Source: Lachnospiraceae bacterium
GTDB taxonomy: Bacteria; Bacillota; Clostridia; Lachnospirales; Lachnospiraceae
NCBI GenBank assembly: GCA_017438305.1
Contig: JAFRVX010000114.1
Coordinates: 2,602-66,601 of the forward strand
Length of the DNA stretch: 64,000 nt
Direction: 5' to 3'
Positions 52,305 to 63,439 of this stretch are shown in pieces; position 1 is the first letter of the stretch, and each line of letters starts with the position of its first letter. Made by a program: the position numbers and the translations under genes. Below the pieces are notes generated by a model. The model saw only the letters and a program-made list of their open reading frames with translations. It did no database searches and was not told where the DNA came from.

Positions 52305-54104
52305 TCACGCGTACGCTACTTCGTCCGCGTCGCCGCCTCCTTTCTGCTGGGATTCGTAAACTTCTCTGTAGATCTCATTGTTCGCCATGAGTTCGTCATG
52401 GGTGCCGTAGCCGTTGACCATGCCCTCATCCATGACGATGATCATGTCCGCGTCCTGGATGGAGTTGATGCGCTGGGCAATGATGATCTTGGTGGTATCC
52501 GGTATCTCGTTCCTGAACGCGTAGCGGATCTTCGCATCGGTAGCTGTATCCACGGCCGAGGTGGAGTCGTCCAGGATCAGGATCTTCGGATGCTTCATCA
52601 GGGCTCTGGCTATGCAGAGACGCTGTCTCTGGCCGCCGGACACATTGGTTCCGCCCTGCTCGATGTGATAGTCGTATTTATCAGGGAATTCCTGGATGAA
52701 TTCATCGGCCTGGGCAAGCCTGCAGGCGTGTTCGATCTCTTCATCCGTCGCGTTGGGATTGCCCCAGCGCATGTTGTCCTTGATGGTGCCGAAGAAGATC
52801 TGGTTCTTCTGAAGGACCATGGACACTGCGTCACGGAGCACCGTCATGTCATAGTCCCTGACGTCGACGCCGCCAACCTTTACTGAGCCCTCCGATACGT
52901 CATAAAGCCTCGGGATCAGCTGCACCAGGGTAGATTTGGAAGAACCCGTGCCGCCGATGATGCCTACCGTAGCGCCGGACGGTATCTTCAGATTCACCTT
53001 GGACAAAGCGTCCCGGTCGCTCCGGATGATGCTGTCGTCGTTCACTTCAGGATAACGGAAATTCACGCCTTCAAATTCGATGGAGCCGTCTTTTACTTCC
53101 ATGACCGGATCCGCGGGATTGACGATATCCGCCTTCTCGTTCAGGATCGCCACGATACGTCTCATGGATTCCAGAGACATGGTGGTCATCATGAACAGCA
53201 TGCCTACCATGGAGCAGCTCATCAGGATCTGCATGGAGTAGGAAAAGACAGAATTCAGAAGGCCCGTCGTAAAGACCGTTCCCATAAAGGGCGCCGTCAC
53301 CGGCTCCTGGCCGATGATCAGCTTCGCGCCGAAGAAGGAAGCCAGCAGCATGCAGGTATACATGATGCCTGACATGATGGGCTCATTCCAGGACATCAGC
53401 CGTTCTGCCTTGACAAAATCGTCATAGATCAGGCGGCTGGTGGTGCCGAAGCGGGATTTTTCAAATTCTTCCCGGACAAAGGCCTTTACCACGCGGATGC
53501 CGTGCAGGTCTTCCTGGACGTTTTTGTTCAGATCATCATAACGCCGGAAGGCCCGGTGCATGATGGGATGGATGATCCTGGTCAGGATGATCATGGAGAC
53601 CGCAAGAAGCGGCGCCGCCACCAGGAAGATCAAGGCCAGCTTCCAGCTGATGAATACGGTCATCACGATGGAGAACAGCAGCATGAGCGGCATGCGGAGC
53701 GCCATTCTCATGGCCATGCCGAAGGTGTTCTGCACCCGGGTGACGTCCGTCGTAAGACGGGTGATGATGGACGCCGTCGAAAACTTGTCAATATTCGAGA
53801 ACGAAAAGGTCTGCACGTTTTCGTACATGTCTTTCCGCAGGTTCTTGGCAAAGCCGGTGGTGGCTTCCGCAGAGAACTTCGCGCTGAGAAGCCCTGTAAT
53901 AAGGGCGATAATGGCAAATCCTATCAGGATCAGACCGTATTTGATGATGTTCGCCATATTGGACTGCTGCAGTCCGCGGTCGATCAGATAGGACATAAGA
54001 TAGGGGATCAGGGATTCCAGGACCACCTCCGCCAGAGTCATGACCATGGTGAGGATGGCTGCCTTCTTATAGTCCCTGAAATATCCCAGCAGCTGTTTTA
54101 TCAT
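52305..54104 (-). CDS. ABC exporter permease/ATPase fusion (heterodimer subunit)
   Basis: 599 aa. GGTGSSKST, VSGGQRQR, ILDDSTS. Confidence 0.85.
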   Translation of the reverse strand: MIKQLLGYFRDYKKAAILTMVMTLAEVVLESLIPYLMSYLIDRGLQQSNMANIIKYGLILIGFAIIALITGLLSAKFSAEATTGFAKNLRKDMYENVQTFSFSNIDKFSTASIITRLTTDVTRVQNTFGMAMRMALRMPLMLLFSIVMTVFISWKLALIFLVAAPLLAVSMIILTRIIHPIMHRAFRRYDDLNKNVQEDLHGIRVVKAFVREEFEKSRFGTTSRLIYDDFVKAERLMSWNEPIMSGIMYTCMLLASFFGAKLIIGQEPVTAPFMGTVFTTGLLNSVFSYSMQILMSCSMVGMLFMMTTMSLESMRRIVAILNEKADIVNPADPVMEVKDGSIEFEGVNFRYPEVNDDSIIRSDRDALSKVNLKIPSGATVGIIGGTGSSKSTLVQLIPRLYDVSEGSVKVGGVDVRDYDMTVLRDAVSMVLQKNQIFFGTIKDNMRWGNPNATDEEIEHACRLAQADEFIQEFPDKYDYHIEQGGTNVSGGQRQRLCIARALMKHPKILILDDSTSAVDTATDAKIRYAFRNEIPDTTKIIIAQRINSIQDADMIIVMDEGMVNGYGTHDELMANNEIYREVYESQQKGGGDADEVAYA

Positions 54105-54577
54105 GATTTTGTCTCTGCCTCCATTTCCTTCATGTTATTATTCACGATCGTCAGCATGCGGAGAAGTTCTTTCTGCTCTTCTTCACTCAGGCCCTTGACA
54201 AAGTTCTCGTCGGCCTTTTCCAGTGACTGTCTCATGATCTGCTGTGTTTCTTCTCCGAAGGGCGTCAGGACGATCCGTTTAAGACGCGCATCTCCCTCTA
54301 CGGACTGCCGCTCGATATAGCCCTTTTCCGCCATCCGCGACAGGATCGTGGAAATAGCTGATTTGGTCAGCCCCACCACCTTTTCCAGGTCCTTCTGATA
54401 GACGTCATTTTTTTCCATGCTCAGATAGCCCAGGATGCGTCCGTTGACAATGGTTTCCTGATCCATTCCGGCTTTTTCCTGCCCCGTGACCACGCACCGG
54501 TGCCACCGGTAGTTCACGATATGCAGCAGCCGCCCGATCTCTGCCTGGATCCTGTAAGGCCGTTCTGTTTGACTCAC
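54101..54577 (-). CDS. MarR family transcriptional regulator
   Basis: 158 aa. Winged-HTH region QKDLEKVVGLTKSAISTILSRMAEKGYIERQ. GTG start follows AAGGAGAGGG. Stop overlaps the ABC gene start. Confidence 0.8.
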   Translation of the reverse strand: MSQTERPYRIQAEIGRLLHIVNYRWHRCVVTGQEKAGMDQETIVNGRILGYLSMEKNDVYQKDLEKVVGLTKSAISTILSRMAEKGYIERQSVEGDARLKRIVLTPFGEETQQIMRQSLEKADENFVKGLSEEEQKELLRMLTIVNNNMKEMEAETKS

Positions 54578-55089
54578 TTCACCCTCTCCTTCCCGATCCG
54601 CCTGACAAAACAGTTCTTAGTAAAAAGTCTCAGTAAAGTTCCCGGAAAAGTTCTCTGAAATATTTACCGGAAATCTGCTGAATAGTTCTCTGTTCAATAG
54701 TTGGCTGGTTGATAGTCAATCATTGAATTGTTTACAGGTGAATCGTTTGAATTAAAACAGTTTCTTTTTGAACAATTTATCAACAAACCATATTGTACTC
54801 TTTTCCGTTCGTTAGTCAACAGTTTTTTAAAAAAACAGCTTATCTGCCAACAGCCGGCCCGACAGCCGCTGATTTTCCGGGATTTTGTAAAAAAAGAGGA
54901 GCTTCGGTTGCATTTTGGCTCCGGATATGGTATACAAATGCCGTTTGGTACTATTAGACAGACTATTAGAATATGCTGCCGGAATCATCCCTGAGCGGCA
55001 GATAGGAGACAGCCCGGTAAGGTACAGCTGCACCGGCAGAACATCAGATTCCCGGTCGGGAACTGCTCTGATCCTGAAGGAGATATATA

Positions 55090-56376
55090 ATGAAGCGAAA
55101 AACGTCAATATACGCGTTTGCCGAAGGCGCCGCCTTTACGGGACCGGCATGCATTACGGGGACCATATGCGCCCTTCTTTCCGGCGGTCCCGGCAGCCTT
55201 TTCTGGATGGCTGCAGCCGGCCTGGTCAGCTGGCTGGCGTCCCGCAAACTGGCGTTTATACAGCGGACCCGGCCCGATTCAGAAGACTTTTTTTCCTACG
55301 CCCCGAAACGGCTGACAGCCGTTCTCTTTATCCTGTCGGCTGTCTTCATCAGCGCTTTCTCCCTGAACCAGGCCGGACTATCACTGACCCGGGCCTTGAC
55401 GGAAGCAGCGCTTTACAGACCTTCTGCGGTCTCCTGGACCGGCCTTTCCGGTTTCAAAGCTTTCTTTACGGCTAAAAGCCCTTTCAGGACAGCGGCTTCT
55501 TTCGCGGGGCTGTTCCTGGCGGCCTGCCTCTTATTTTTCAGGAAAAAAGCCTCTCTGACGGGTTTTGTCAGAAAACTGCTGACCGTTCTGACCCTGGGAT
55601 TACTGATGATATATGCAGGCATGTGTCTGTACATCATCGTCACCCACCCGGGTGAAATATTCCATGCCGCCGGCCGCATAGCAAAATATGCCTTCAAGTT
55701 CAGGGCTGTCTACGGCGGCATCTTTTCCTATACCCTGCTGCAGGTGATCCGGACTGGCTTTCTCCGGGGGCTTCTGATCTCCCGGCCCTTTGAAGAACTT
55801 TACGATGATCCGGCTTCCCGGGCCGGCAGTTCTTCCGGGACCGCCGGTTCTTCCGGGTCTTTCCTCCTGGGTAAATTTCTGTTTCCGGTCCTGATCTCCC
55901 TCCTGACGGGCTTCATGATCCTTACGTCCATGAATGTCGAGATCCTGCAAGGACACGAGGACATTGTTCTGTACACGCTTCTTGTTTTCAGAGAGAGCTT
56001 TGGTACTTTCGGAACCGTCGCTGTAACGGCTGTTCTGTGCGTGCTTGCTTTAACCGCCGTCAGCCGGCTGACGGCCGGCGCCGGGAATGCGCTCGCATTT
56101 CTGACCGATGCCGTTTCTTCTGATGAACCTTCGGTTTCTCCGGAATTCCGGGAATCCCCTGCAGAGGAAGCACATCGGGAAACTCTTTCCCTGACGGGGG
56201 CAAAAAAACAGAAGAGCCCTTCTCGGGCTCTTCTGCCGGTAGTTTTTGTTATATACCTTGTACTTGCCTTCGTTCTCTCCGCGGCAAAAAGCCGTTTCCT
56301 GCTGTCCTGCTGTGATCTTGCCGTCCTGGCTCATTTCCTGGTCTGCCTTGTGACGCTTTTCAGAACGCTGGCGTGA
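55090..56376 (+). CDS. polytopic membrane protein (weak resemblance to alanine/glycine:cation symporter motif)
   Basis: 428 aa with many TM segments. Only the GGPGSLFWM stretch recalls the AGCS family. Function not supported further. Confidence 0.4.
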   Translation: MKRKTSIYAFAEGAAFTGPACITGTICALLSGGPGSLFWMAAAGLVSWLASRKLAFIQRTRPDSEDFFSYAPKRLTAVLFILSAVFISAFSLNQAGLSLTRALTEAALYRPSAVSWTGLSGFKAFFTAKSPFRTAASFAGLFLAACLLFFRKKASLTGFVRKLLTVLTLGLLMIYAGMCLYIIVTHPGEIFHAAGRIAKYAFKFRAVYGGIFSYTLLQVIRTGFLRGLLISRPFEELYDDPASRAGSSSGTAGSSGSFLLGKFLFPVLISLLTGFMILTSMNVEILQGHEDIVLYTLLVFRESFGTFGTVAVTAVLCVLALTAVSRLTAGAGNALAFLTDAVSSDEPSVSPEFRESPAEEAHRETLSLTGAKKQKSPSRALLPVVFVIYLVLAFVLSAAKSRFLLSCCDLAVLAHFLVCLVTLFRTLA

Positions 56377-56437
56377 GCCGGACAGGTCTCGGCGGCAGAT
56401 CATCCTCTGCTGCAGTCTGATCCTCTTACATAATGTT

Positions 56438-57529
56438 TCAGGCAAGGACCTTCTGTCCGATAAACATCGGCACGCCGGTATCCTTATCCACGATGGCATA
56501 GACAAAAGGCCGGTTCAGGCGGACCTCCGGCTTTTCCACGGGAAGTCCCAGGGCTTTCAGCATGATCGCGGTCACCGCGCCGGCCTTTGTTCCCCGTTCA
56601 TCCACTTCGATATGAGTCTTATGAATGACGTCTCCCAGAGACGTCATTTTCTTTACGATGCCGGAAAGTTCCGCCTGGTCCGAGAAGGTTTTTTCCAGAC
56701 CGATGGCCCGGAAAACATCGTTCATGATGGCGGACCAGTCTTCCTTGAATTTCGGCAGGGAGCAGATGCAGGGCGTATTCTTTGCCGAAGCCAGAAGCAG
56801 AAGAAGGGTTTCTCCGGTAAGGGATCTGATAAAGGCTTCGAAATCCGCCGTTTCTGCCGGAAGAAGCGCCAGGAAGGCAAACCGGTTCCCCTTGTAAAGC
56901 TTGACAAAACCGGTGCACTTCTCATTTTCGATATAATAATTTTCTTCGGAATCCAGATAGGTCACGGAAGTCTTTTCACCGTAAATATCCGTAAACTCCC
57001 CTTCCCGGACATCGTCAACCGTGTACAGCCTCTCCCATTCCGCGTCGAAGGCCAGGGCGTTGATCAGGTACATGATGGCTTCCGGAGCGGCGGATTCGAT
57101 CACCTGGTCGATCATGCCGTCCGTATGCTCCGATACCCAGGCATTGATCTCCCGGACCGCGTTCTCATCAAAGAAGACCTTCTTCACTTCCGCGTTGTAA
57201 AAATCCTCACAGTTTTTGATAAAGCGCTTTTTGACCTTCAGGTCCTCGTTCATCCAGAGGCTGTCGGCAAAATGGAACTTCGCTTTTTCGTCAGAGGGAA
57301 GCCCTTTGACATACTCCGACAGAAACGTGTTGAATTCATCCTCGGAAAGGCCGCCGGAAATGACTTTCAGCATTTCTTCCTGGGTCTCTCCTTCCGCGCC
57401 GTTCAGCACCATGGCCAGCGCCAGGGCCAGGCTTAACGGAGAGACCAGCACGTTCTCATCCTTGGAAAAACAGTTTTTAAAGGTTTCCAGGCCAAAAGAA
57501 GCCAGCGCCGCGTAATTCTTCATATCCAT
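56438..57529 (-). CDS. serpin family protein (serine protease inhibitor)
   Basis: 363 aa. NVLVSPLSLALALAMVLNGAEGET, hinge ERGTKAGAVTAI and C-terminal NRPFVYAIVD match serpin signatures. No signal peptide seen. Confidence 0.85.
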   Translation of the reverse strand: MDMKNYAALASFGLETFKNCFSKDENVLVSPLSLALALAMVLNGAEGETQEEMLKVISGGLSEDEFNTFLSEYVKGLPSDEKAKFHFADSLWMNEDLKVKKRFIKNCEDFYNAEVKKVFFDENAVREINAWVSEHTDGMIDQVIESAAPEAIMYLINALAFDAEWERLYTVDDVREGEFTDIYGEKTSVTYLDSEENYYIENEKCTGFVKLYKGNRFAFLALLPAETADFEAFIRSLTGETLLLLLASAKNTPCICSLPKFKEDWSAIMNDVFRAIGLEKTFSDQAELSGIVKKMTSLGDVIHKTHIEVDERGTKAGAVTAIMLKALGLPVEKPEVRLNRPFVYAIVDKDTGVPMFIGQKVLA

Positions 57530-57542
57530 GTCTTTCTTCCTC

Positions 57543-59144
<1,602 letters not shown>

Positions 59145-59145
59145 T

Positions 59146-59275
59146 CATTCTGCGCTCCCGCGGAGTCAACGCCCCCGCTTCGTGCTTCATGAGGGGCACG
59201 CCGGGAAGTCTTTCCTCTACCGTAAGGCAGACACTCCATGGAGTCCGGCTTTAGGGCAGGAATCATATTAAAATA
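59146..59275. repeat. about 130-nt structured intergenic element, copy A
   Basis: Aligns with 59334-59464. Shared core: CTTCGTGCTTCATGAGGGGCACGCC..GAAGTCTTTCCTC...GGAGTCCG...GGAATCATATTAA. Confidence 0.7.
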
Positions 59276-59333
59276 TAGTCGCCAAAAGTAGATTCCGGAT
59301 GGTTCCGTGCTTCGCACTCCCACCATCCTCCCT

Positions 59334-59464
59334 CATTCTGCACTCTCGTGGAGTAAAAACTCCACTTCGTGCTTCATGAGGGGCACGCCAAGAAGTCTTT
59401 CCTCCACTGGAATGTAAACATTCCGTGGAGTCCGACTTTTGGCGTTGGAATCATATTAAGATAA
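59334..59464. repeat. about 130-nt structured intergenic element, copy B
   Basis: Contains hairpins GTGGAG-TAAAAA-CTCCAC and CTCCAC(T)GGAATG-TAAA-CATTCC-GTGGAG, plus an enclosing GCCAAGAAGTC / GACTTTTGGC pairing. Confidence 0.7.
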
Positions 59465-59737
59465 ATGTATCAGAACTTTCCATGAAAAGCAACAAAAAAT
59501 CACGGAATAAGGCTCTTGCGTCTCCGGCTTTTTCCCCTTATCATGGAAGAGGCAGCGGGAACAGCCTGACGTCCCGCAGGAGAACGAATTCCCGGAAAAT
59601 GGTTTCACGACTCACCGGAAACGGGGTCATGATGAGATAACACCGATGCTTTCCGGAAGCCCCCCTGCGGACACGACCCGTGTGCCTGAAAAAAAGTATT
59701 ATGTTAAAACAGCCAACTGACTAAGGAGAATGATTTT

Positions 59738-60712
59738 ATGACCACCGTCCTGATAACCAGACCCTTTAAGGAGACCGATCTTTCCCGTTTTTCTTCTTTC
59801 GAGGGAAAGTGCCGGTTTCTCTATGACGCCGCCCCATCCCGGGACATCCTTTTACAGGCCGACGTGATCCTGGGCCAGCCCGTCCCGGACAGTTTAAAAG
59901 ACCTGCCGGATCTTAAATGGGTGCAGATCACCAGCGCCGGCGCCAATAACTACACAGACCGGAAAGAGCTCTTTGGAAACGGACTGAAGCTGACCTGCCT
60001 TTCCGGCGCCTTCGGCCAGTCCATCTCCGAGTTTGTCCTGACCATGACCCTGATGCTCTATAAAAACATGCAGCTTTACCGAGACAACCAGAACCAATCT
60101 CTCTGGAAGGATGAGGGCCCCCAGGAGACCCCGGTGGGCAAGAATCTGCTGATCCTGGGCGCCGGAAACATCGGGAGCGAGATCGCGAAGCTGTTCCGGC
60201 CTTTCAGGACACATATCACCGGTATGAGAAGGGTCGTCCGGGAGATTCCGGAAAACTTCGATGAAATGATCACCTCCGACGGTCTGGATGAAGCCCTTCC
60301 AAAGGCGGACATCATCGCCTGCGCCCTTCCGGAAACGCCGGAAACCATAAAAATGCTGGATGAAAGAAGGCTCAGCCTGATGAAACCCTCGGCGATCCTC
60401 ATCAACGTGGGCCGCGGGACTCTGATCGATACCGATGCTGTCCTGAAGGCTCTCCGGGAAAACCGGCTCTTCGGCGCAGCCCTGGACGTCACCGATCCCG
60501 AACCCCTTCCGGCGGATCATCCCCTCTGGCAGGAGAAAAAGGCCATCATCACGCCCCATACCACCGGAGGTTCTTTCGGCCATCTGAAGGCCACGGAAGA
60601 GGTTCTGTTTGACATCTGCCAGAAGAACCTTCAACGGTATCTGGAAGGAGAACCGCTTCTGAACCTGGTGGATCCCGAGACCGGCTATCGGGTCGTGGAA
60701 AACCGGTATTGA
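59738..60712 (+). CDS. D-isomer-specific 2-hydroxyacid dehydrogenase family protein
   Basis: 324 aa. GAGNIG Rossmann motif, INVGRG, and a TPH catalytic-region pattern. Confidence 0.8.
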   Translation: MTTVLITRPFKETDLSRFSSFEGKCRFLYDAAPSRDILLQADVILGQPVPDSLKDLPDLKWVQITSAGANNYTDRKELFGNGLKLTCLSGAFGQSISEFVLTMTLMLYKNMQLYRDNQNQSLWKDEGPQETPVGKNLLILGAGNIGSEIAKLFRPFRTHITGMRRVVREIPENFDEMITSDGLDEALPKADIIACALPETPETIKMLDERRLSLMKPSAILINVGRGTLIDTDAVLKALRENRLFGAALDVTDPEPLPADHPLWQEKKAIITPHTTGGSFGHLKATEEVLFDICQKNLQRYLEGEPLLNLVDPETGYRVVENRY

Positions 60713-60770
60713 CCGGCCCGGCAAACGAGCAAAGCAACGATCACTCTGTATTTTGCCGGAAACTGACAGA

Positions 60771-60815
60771 AAAACACCGCCCGCGGATTTTTGTCCGAAG
60801 GGCGGTGTTTTCTTC
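60771..60815. terminator. bidirectional rho-independent terminator between convergent genes
   Basis: AAAACACCGCCC ... GGGCGGTGTTTT 12-bp stem, flanked by an A-run upstream and a T-run downstream, so it reads as a terminator on both strands. Confidence 0.75.
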
Positions 60816-60946
60816 TGTTCTTGCCGGTCTGGTCATCTGATCCGGGCTGTCCGTGTGGCCGTCTTATCCGAGCTGTCTGCTCCGAACTGCCGGCCAAACT
60901 ATCTGATTCTTTCACAGAAGCGGTTTCAGTCATCAACGGTCATCAG

Positions 60947-61798
60947 TCAGTTTTTCCGGCTTAAGAATTCAATGATCTCATGGGCGGCCACATTGCCTTC
61001 TCCCACAGCCTTGGCGATCTGATAGGGACGGCCCGTGCAGTCGCCGGCGGCGTATAAGCCGGGCAGGTTGGTCTCCTGCTTACGGTTGACCACGATGTGG
61101 GCGCCGTCGATCTCAATGCCGGGCACCAGCGTGGTAGGCGCCAGGGCGTTCCGCAGGCAGAACAGCCCGTCCACCGGGATCTCCGTGCCGTCAAAAAGAC
61201 TGATGGATTTAATCTTCAGCCCGCCGGCTACTTCCTTGATAACGCCGATCCTTTCCACGTTCGGAAGGTCGATATCACAATCCTTATACCCCACGGAAAG
61301 ATACACCTTCTCCGCAAGTTCCGCCAGATAGGCGACCTCATGCTCATACCGTTTTGATCCGCAGAAAACGGCGATGGTCTTTCCCTTGTACAGGAAGCCG
61401 TCGCAGGTCGCGCAGTAGCTGACGCCCCGGCCGACAAAGTTTTCTTCATTGACAAATCCCTTGGCCTGCACCACCCCGGTGGAAAGCAGGACGGTCTTTG
61501 CCTCATACATTTCATTTTCCGCGAGAAGGCTGAAGTAATCGCCCATGGCGCCGACAGTGGTCACCATCTTATCAACGGTCTCGATCTCCATCTCTTCCGC
61601 GTGCGCGCGCATCTTCTTATTCAGTTCTTCCCCGGAGATCATCCCGACGCCCGGATAATTCGCGATCTTCTCGCTCTTTTCTACCTTATCGCTGAAGGCC
61701 ATGGAACCGAACCAGATGAAATTTTTTTCATGGAGTTTAAGGCACAGGGCCGCGGAAAGGCCCGCAGGACCTGAACCGATTATAGCAGCATCATACAT
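60947..61798 (-). CDS. thioredoxin-reductase-like flavoprotein lacking NADPH-binding motifs
   Basis: 283 aa. GSGPAG FAD motif, CATCDG redox dithiol, AAGDC. The positions of GGGNSA and HRRxxxR read CGSKRY and VGYKDCD. Confidence 0.75.
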   Translation of the reverse strand: MYDAAIIGSGPAGLSAALCLKLHEKNFIWFGSMAFSDKVEKSEKIANYPGVGMISGEELNKKMRAHAEEMEIETVDKMVTTVGAMGDYFSLLAENEMYEAKTVLLSTGVVQAKGFVNEENFVGRGVSYCATCDGFLYKGKTIAVFCGSKRYEHEVAYLAELAEKVYLSVGYKDCDIDLPNVERIGVIKEVAGGLKIKSISLFDGTEIPVDGLFCLRNALAPTTLVPGIEIDGAHIVVNRKQETNLPGLYAAGDCTGRPYQIAKAVGEGNVAAHEIIEFLSRKN

Positions 61799-61873
61799 TC
61801 TAAATACCTCTTTCTGATGGTTACTGTTGTTCTGTTTGTGAAACTGTTGTCCTGTCAGACCGGATGCATTCCG

Positions 61874-62066
61874 GCTTCCCCTTTGGGGAAGCTGTCTGCC
61901 GTAAGGCAGACTGATGAGGTTTCCTCATCCGTCATGCTCCGCATGACACCTTCCCCAGAGGGGAAGGCTGGCCTTATCCGTCATGCTCCGCATGACACCT
62001 TCCCCAGAGGGGAAGGCTAGCCTCATCCGTCATGCTCCGCATGACACCTTCCCCAGAGGGGAAGGC
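61874..62066. repeat. array of double-hairpin palindromic units (1 inverted + 3 forward, 49-bp period)
   Basis: Inverted unit 61874-61919. Forward units start at 61923, 61972 and 62021, each reading CCTCATCCGTCATGCTCCGCATGACACCTTCCCCAGAGGGGAAGGC. Confidence 0.9.
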
Positions 62067-62112
62067 CTGAGGGGTGGTGTAACGGAGGGCTGGTGGTATA
62101 AGCAAAGCCGGG

Positions 62113-63318
62113 TCAGGCGTTAAAAACGTATTTGTCCAGGCGGTCGAAGGCTTCCACGACCCTGGTATGAGGAACGGCCAGATTCATGCGGATGGTGTTG
62201 TCCACCTTGAAGGGTCTGCCGTCCTGCCAGTAAACGCCGACTTCGTAGCCTTTCCGGATCAGGGCGTCGCAATCCGTATCATGGGCTTTGATCCACTCAT
62301 CGCAGTCCAGATAGAGCATATAGGTGCCCTGGGCCCGCTGGAGCTTCACGCCTTTAAAGTGTTCATTGATATAATCATAAGCATAATCACAGTTATCCCG
62401 AAGCACTTCACAGAGTTCATCCACCCATTCCTGTCCTTCCTGTCTGTAGGCGCCGATCAGGGCATACATGGAGAGCACATTCATGGAATTGTAATGGGTC
62501 TTGGAGGCGGAAGCCTGGACCCTGTCCCGGAGATATTTGCTGTAAATGATATGATAGCTTCCCACCAGGCCTGCCAGGCTGAAGGTCTTGGACGTTGCGT
62601 AAAACGCCATGGTACGCATCTTCGCATCCTCCGATACGGACTGGGTGGGCGTATGCTTTCCGTGAAGAATGATGTCGGACCAGATCTCGTCGGAAATGAC
62701 GAAAACATCGTTGGCCTTATAGACCTCCATTGCCTTTTCCAGTTCTTCCTTCTCCCAGACACGGCCGCAGGGGTTGTGAGGATTGCACATGATGGCCACA
62801 TGGATCTTGTTTTCCTTGATCTTCTGATCCATATCGTCATAATCCATGCGCCAGATGCCCTCTTCATCCTTATACAGATCCGAATGGACGATCTTATAGC
62901 CTGCATTGGTCAGGGTGCCGGTAAAGCCTACATACGTGGGTCTGTGAAGCAGCACCGCGTCGCCGGGCTGGGCCAGGGCTCTGAGGGCCGATGCCACGCC
63001 GCCGAGGACGCCGTTCTCATAACCGATATCGTCCTTTGTCAGGCCCCCCACACCGTTCCTGGTCTTCTGCCAGTTGATGATGGCGTCGAAGTATTCCTCT
63101 CTGGGCCGGTAATAACCGAAAGTGGGATGCTTCACTCTTTCGATAATGGCCTCCTGGATGGTGGGGCAGGTGGGGAAATTCATATCCGCGACCCACATGG
63201 GGATCGGGTCGAACCCCTCTTTTGCCGGAACCATATTGCCGGTGCCGATGGCATCCACCGCTATGGCATCGTGGCCTTTCCGTTCGATGATACTGGTAAA
63301 ATCAAACTTCATGATCAT
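62113..63318 (-). CDS. PatB/MalY-family PLP-dependent C-S lyase (cystathionine beta-lyase type aminotransferase fold)
   Basis: 401 aa. ERKGHDAIAVD..., NPHNPCGRVW, and SKTFSLAG (PLP lysine) motifs. Confidence 0.8.
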   Translation of the reverse strand: MIMKFDFTSIIERKGHDAIAVDAIGTGNMVPAKEGFDPIPMWVADMNFPTCPTIQEAIIERVKHPTFGYYRPREEYFDAIINWQKTRNGVGGLTKDDIGYENGVLGGVASALRALAQPGDAVLLHRPTYVGFTGTLTNAGYKIVHSDLYKDEEGIWRMDYDDMDQKIKENKIHVAIMCNPHNPCGRVWEKEELEKAMEVYKANDVFVISDEIWSDIILHGKHTPTQSVSEDAKMRTMAFYATSKTFSLAGLVGSYHIIYSKYLRDRVQASASKTHYNSMNVLSMYALIGAYRQEGQEWVDELCEVLRDNCDYAYDYINEHFKGVKLQRAQGTYMLYLDCDEWIKAHDTDCDALIRKGYEVGVYWQDGRPFKVDNTIRMNLAVPHTRVVEAFDRLDKYVFNA

Positions 63319-63439
63319 GCCTCCGAAAATGAATTAATTAAGTTGGCTTCAGCATATCATAAATCGAACCAAACCTCAAGACGGACCGGGGAGAAGTTTT
63401 GTTTTCGCCGGAAGTTTTCCCTCAAATGTTTACCATCTT

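Noticed and set aside
59425-59640. The 71-aa ORF, and the 70-aa ORF at 59114-59326, in the GH51/dehydrogenase intergenic region.
   Set aside because: No SD. Both have basic low-complexity sequence. Both overlap the duplicated structured element, which explains the open frames better.
59465-59737. A possible riboswitch or T-box in the long 5' region of the 2-hydroxyacid dehydrogenase gene, and likewise upstream of the PatB-like gene (63319-63660).
   Set aside because: I could not match conserved cores of the SAM, T-box, cobalamin, ZTP or other riboswitch classes that I know by sequence. An Rfam scan is needed before any call.
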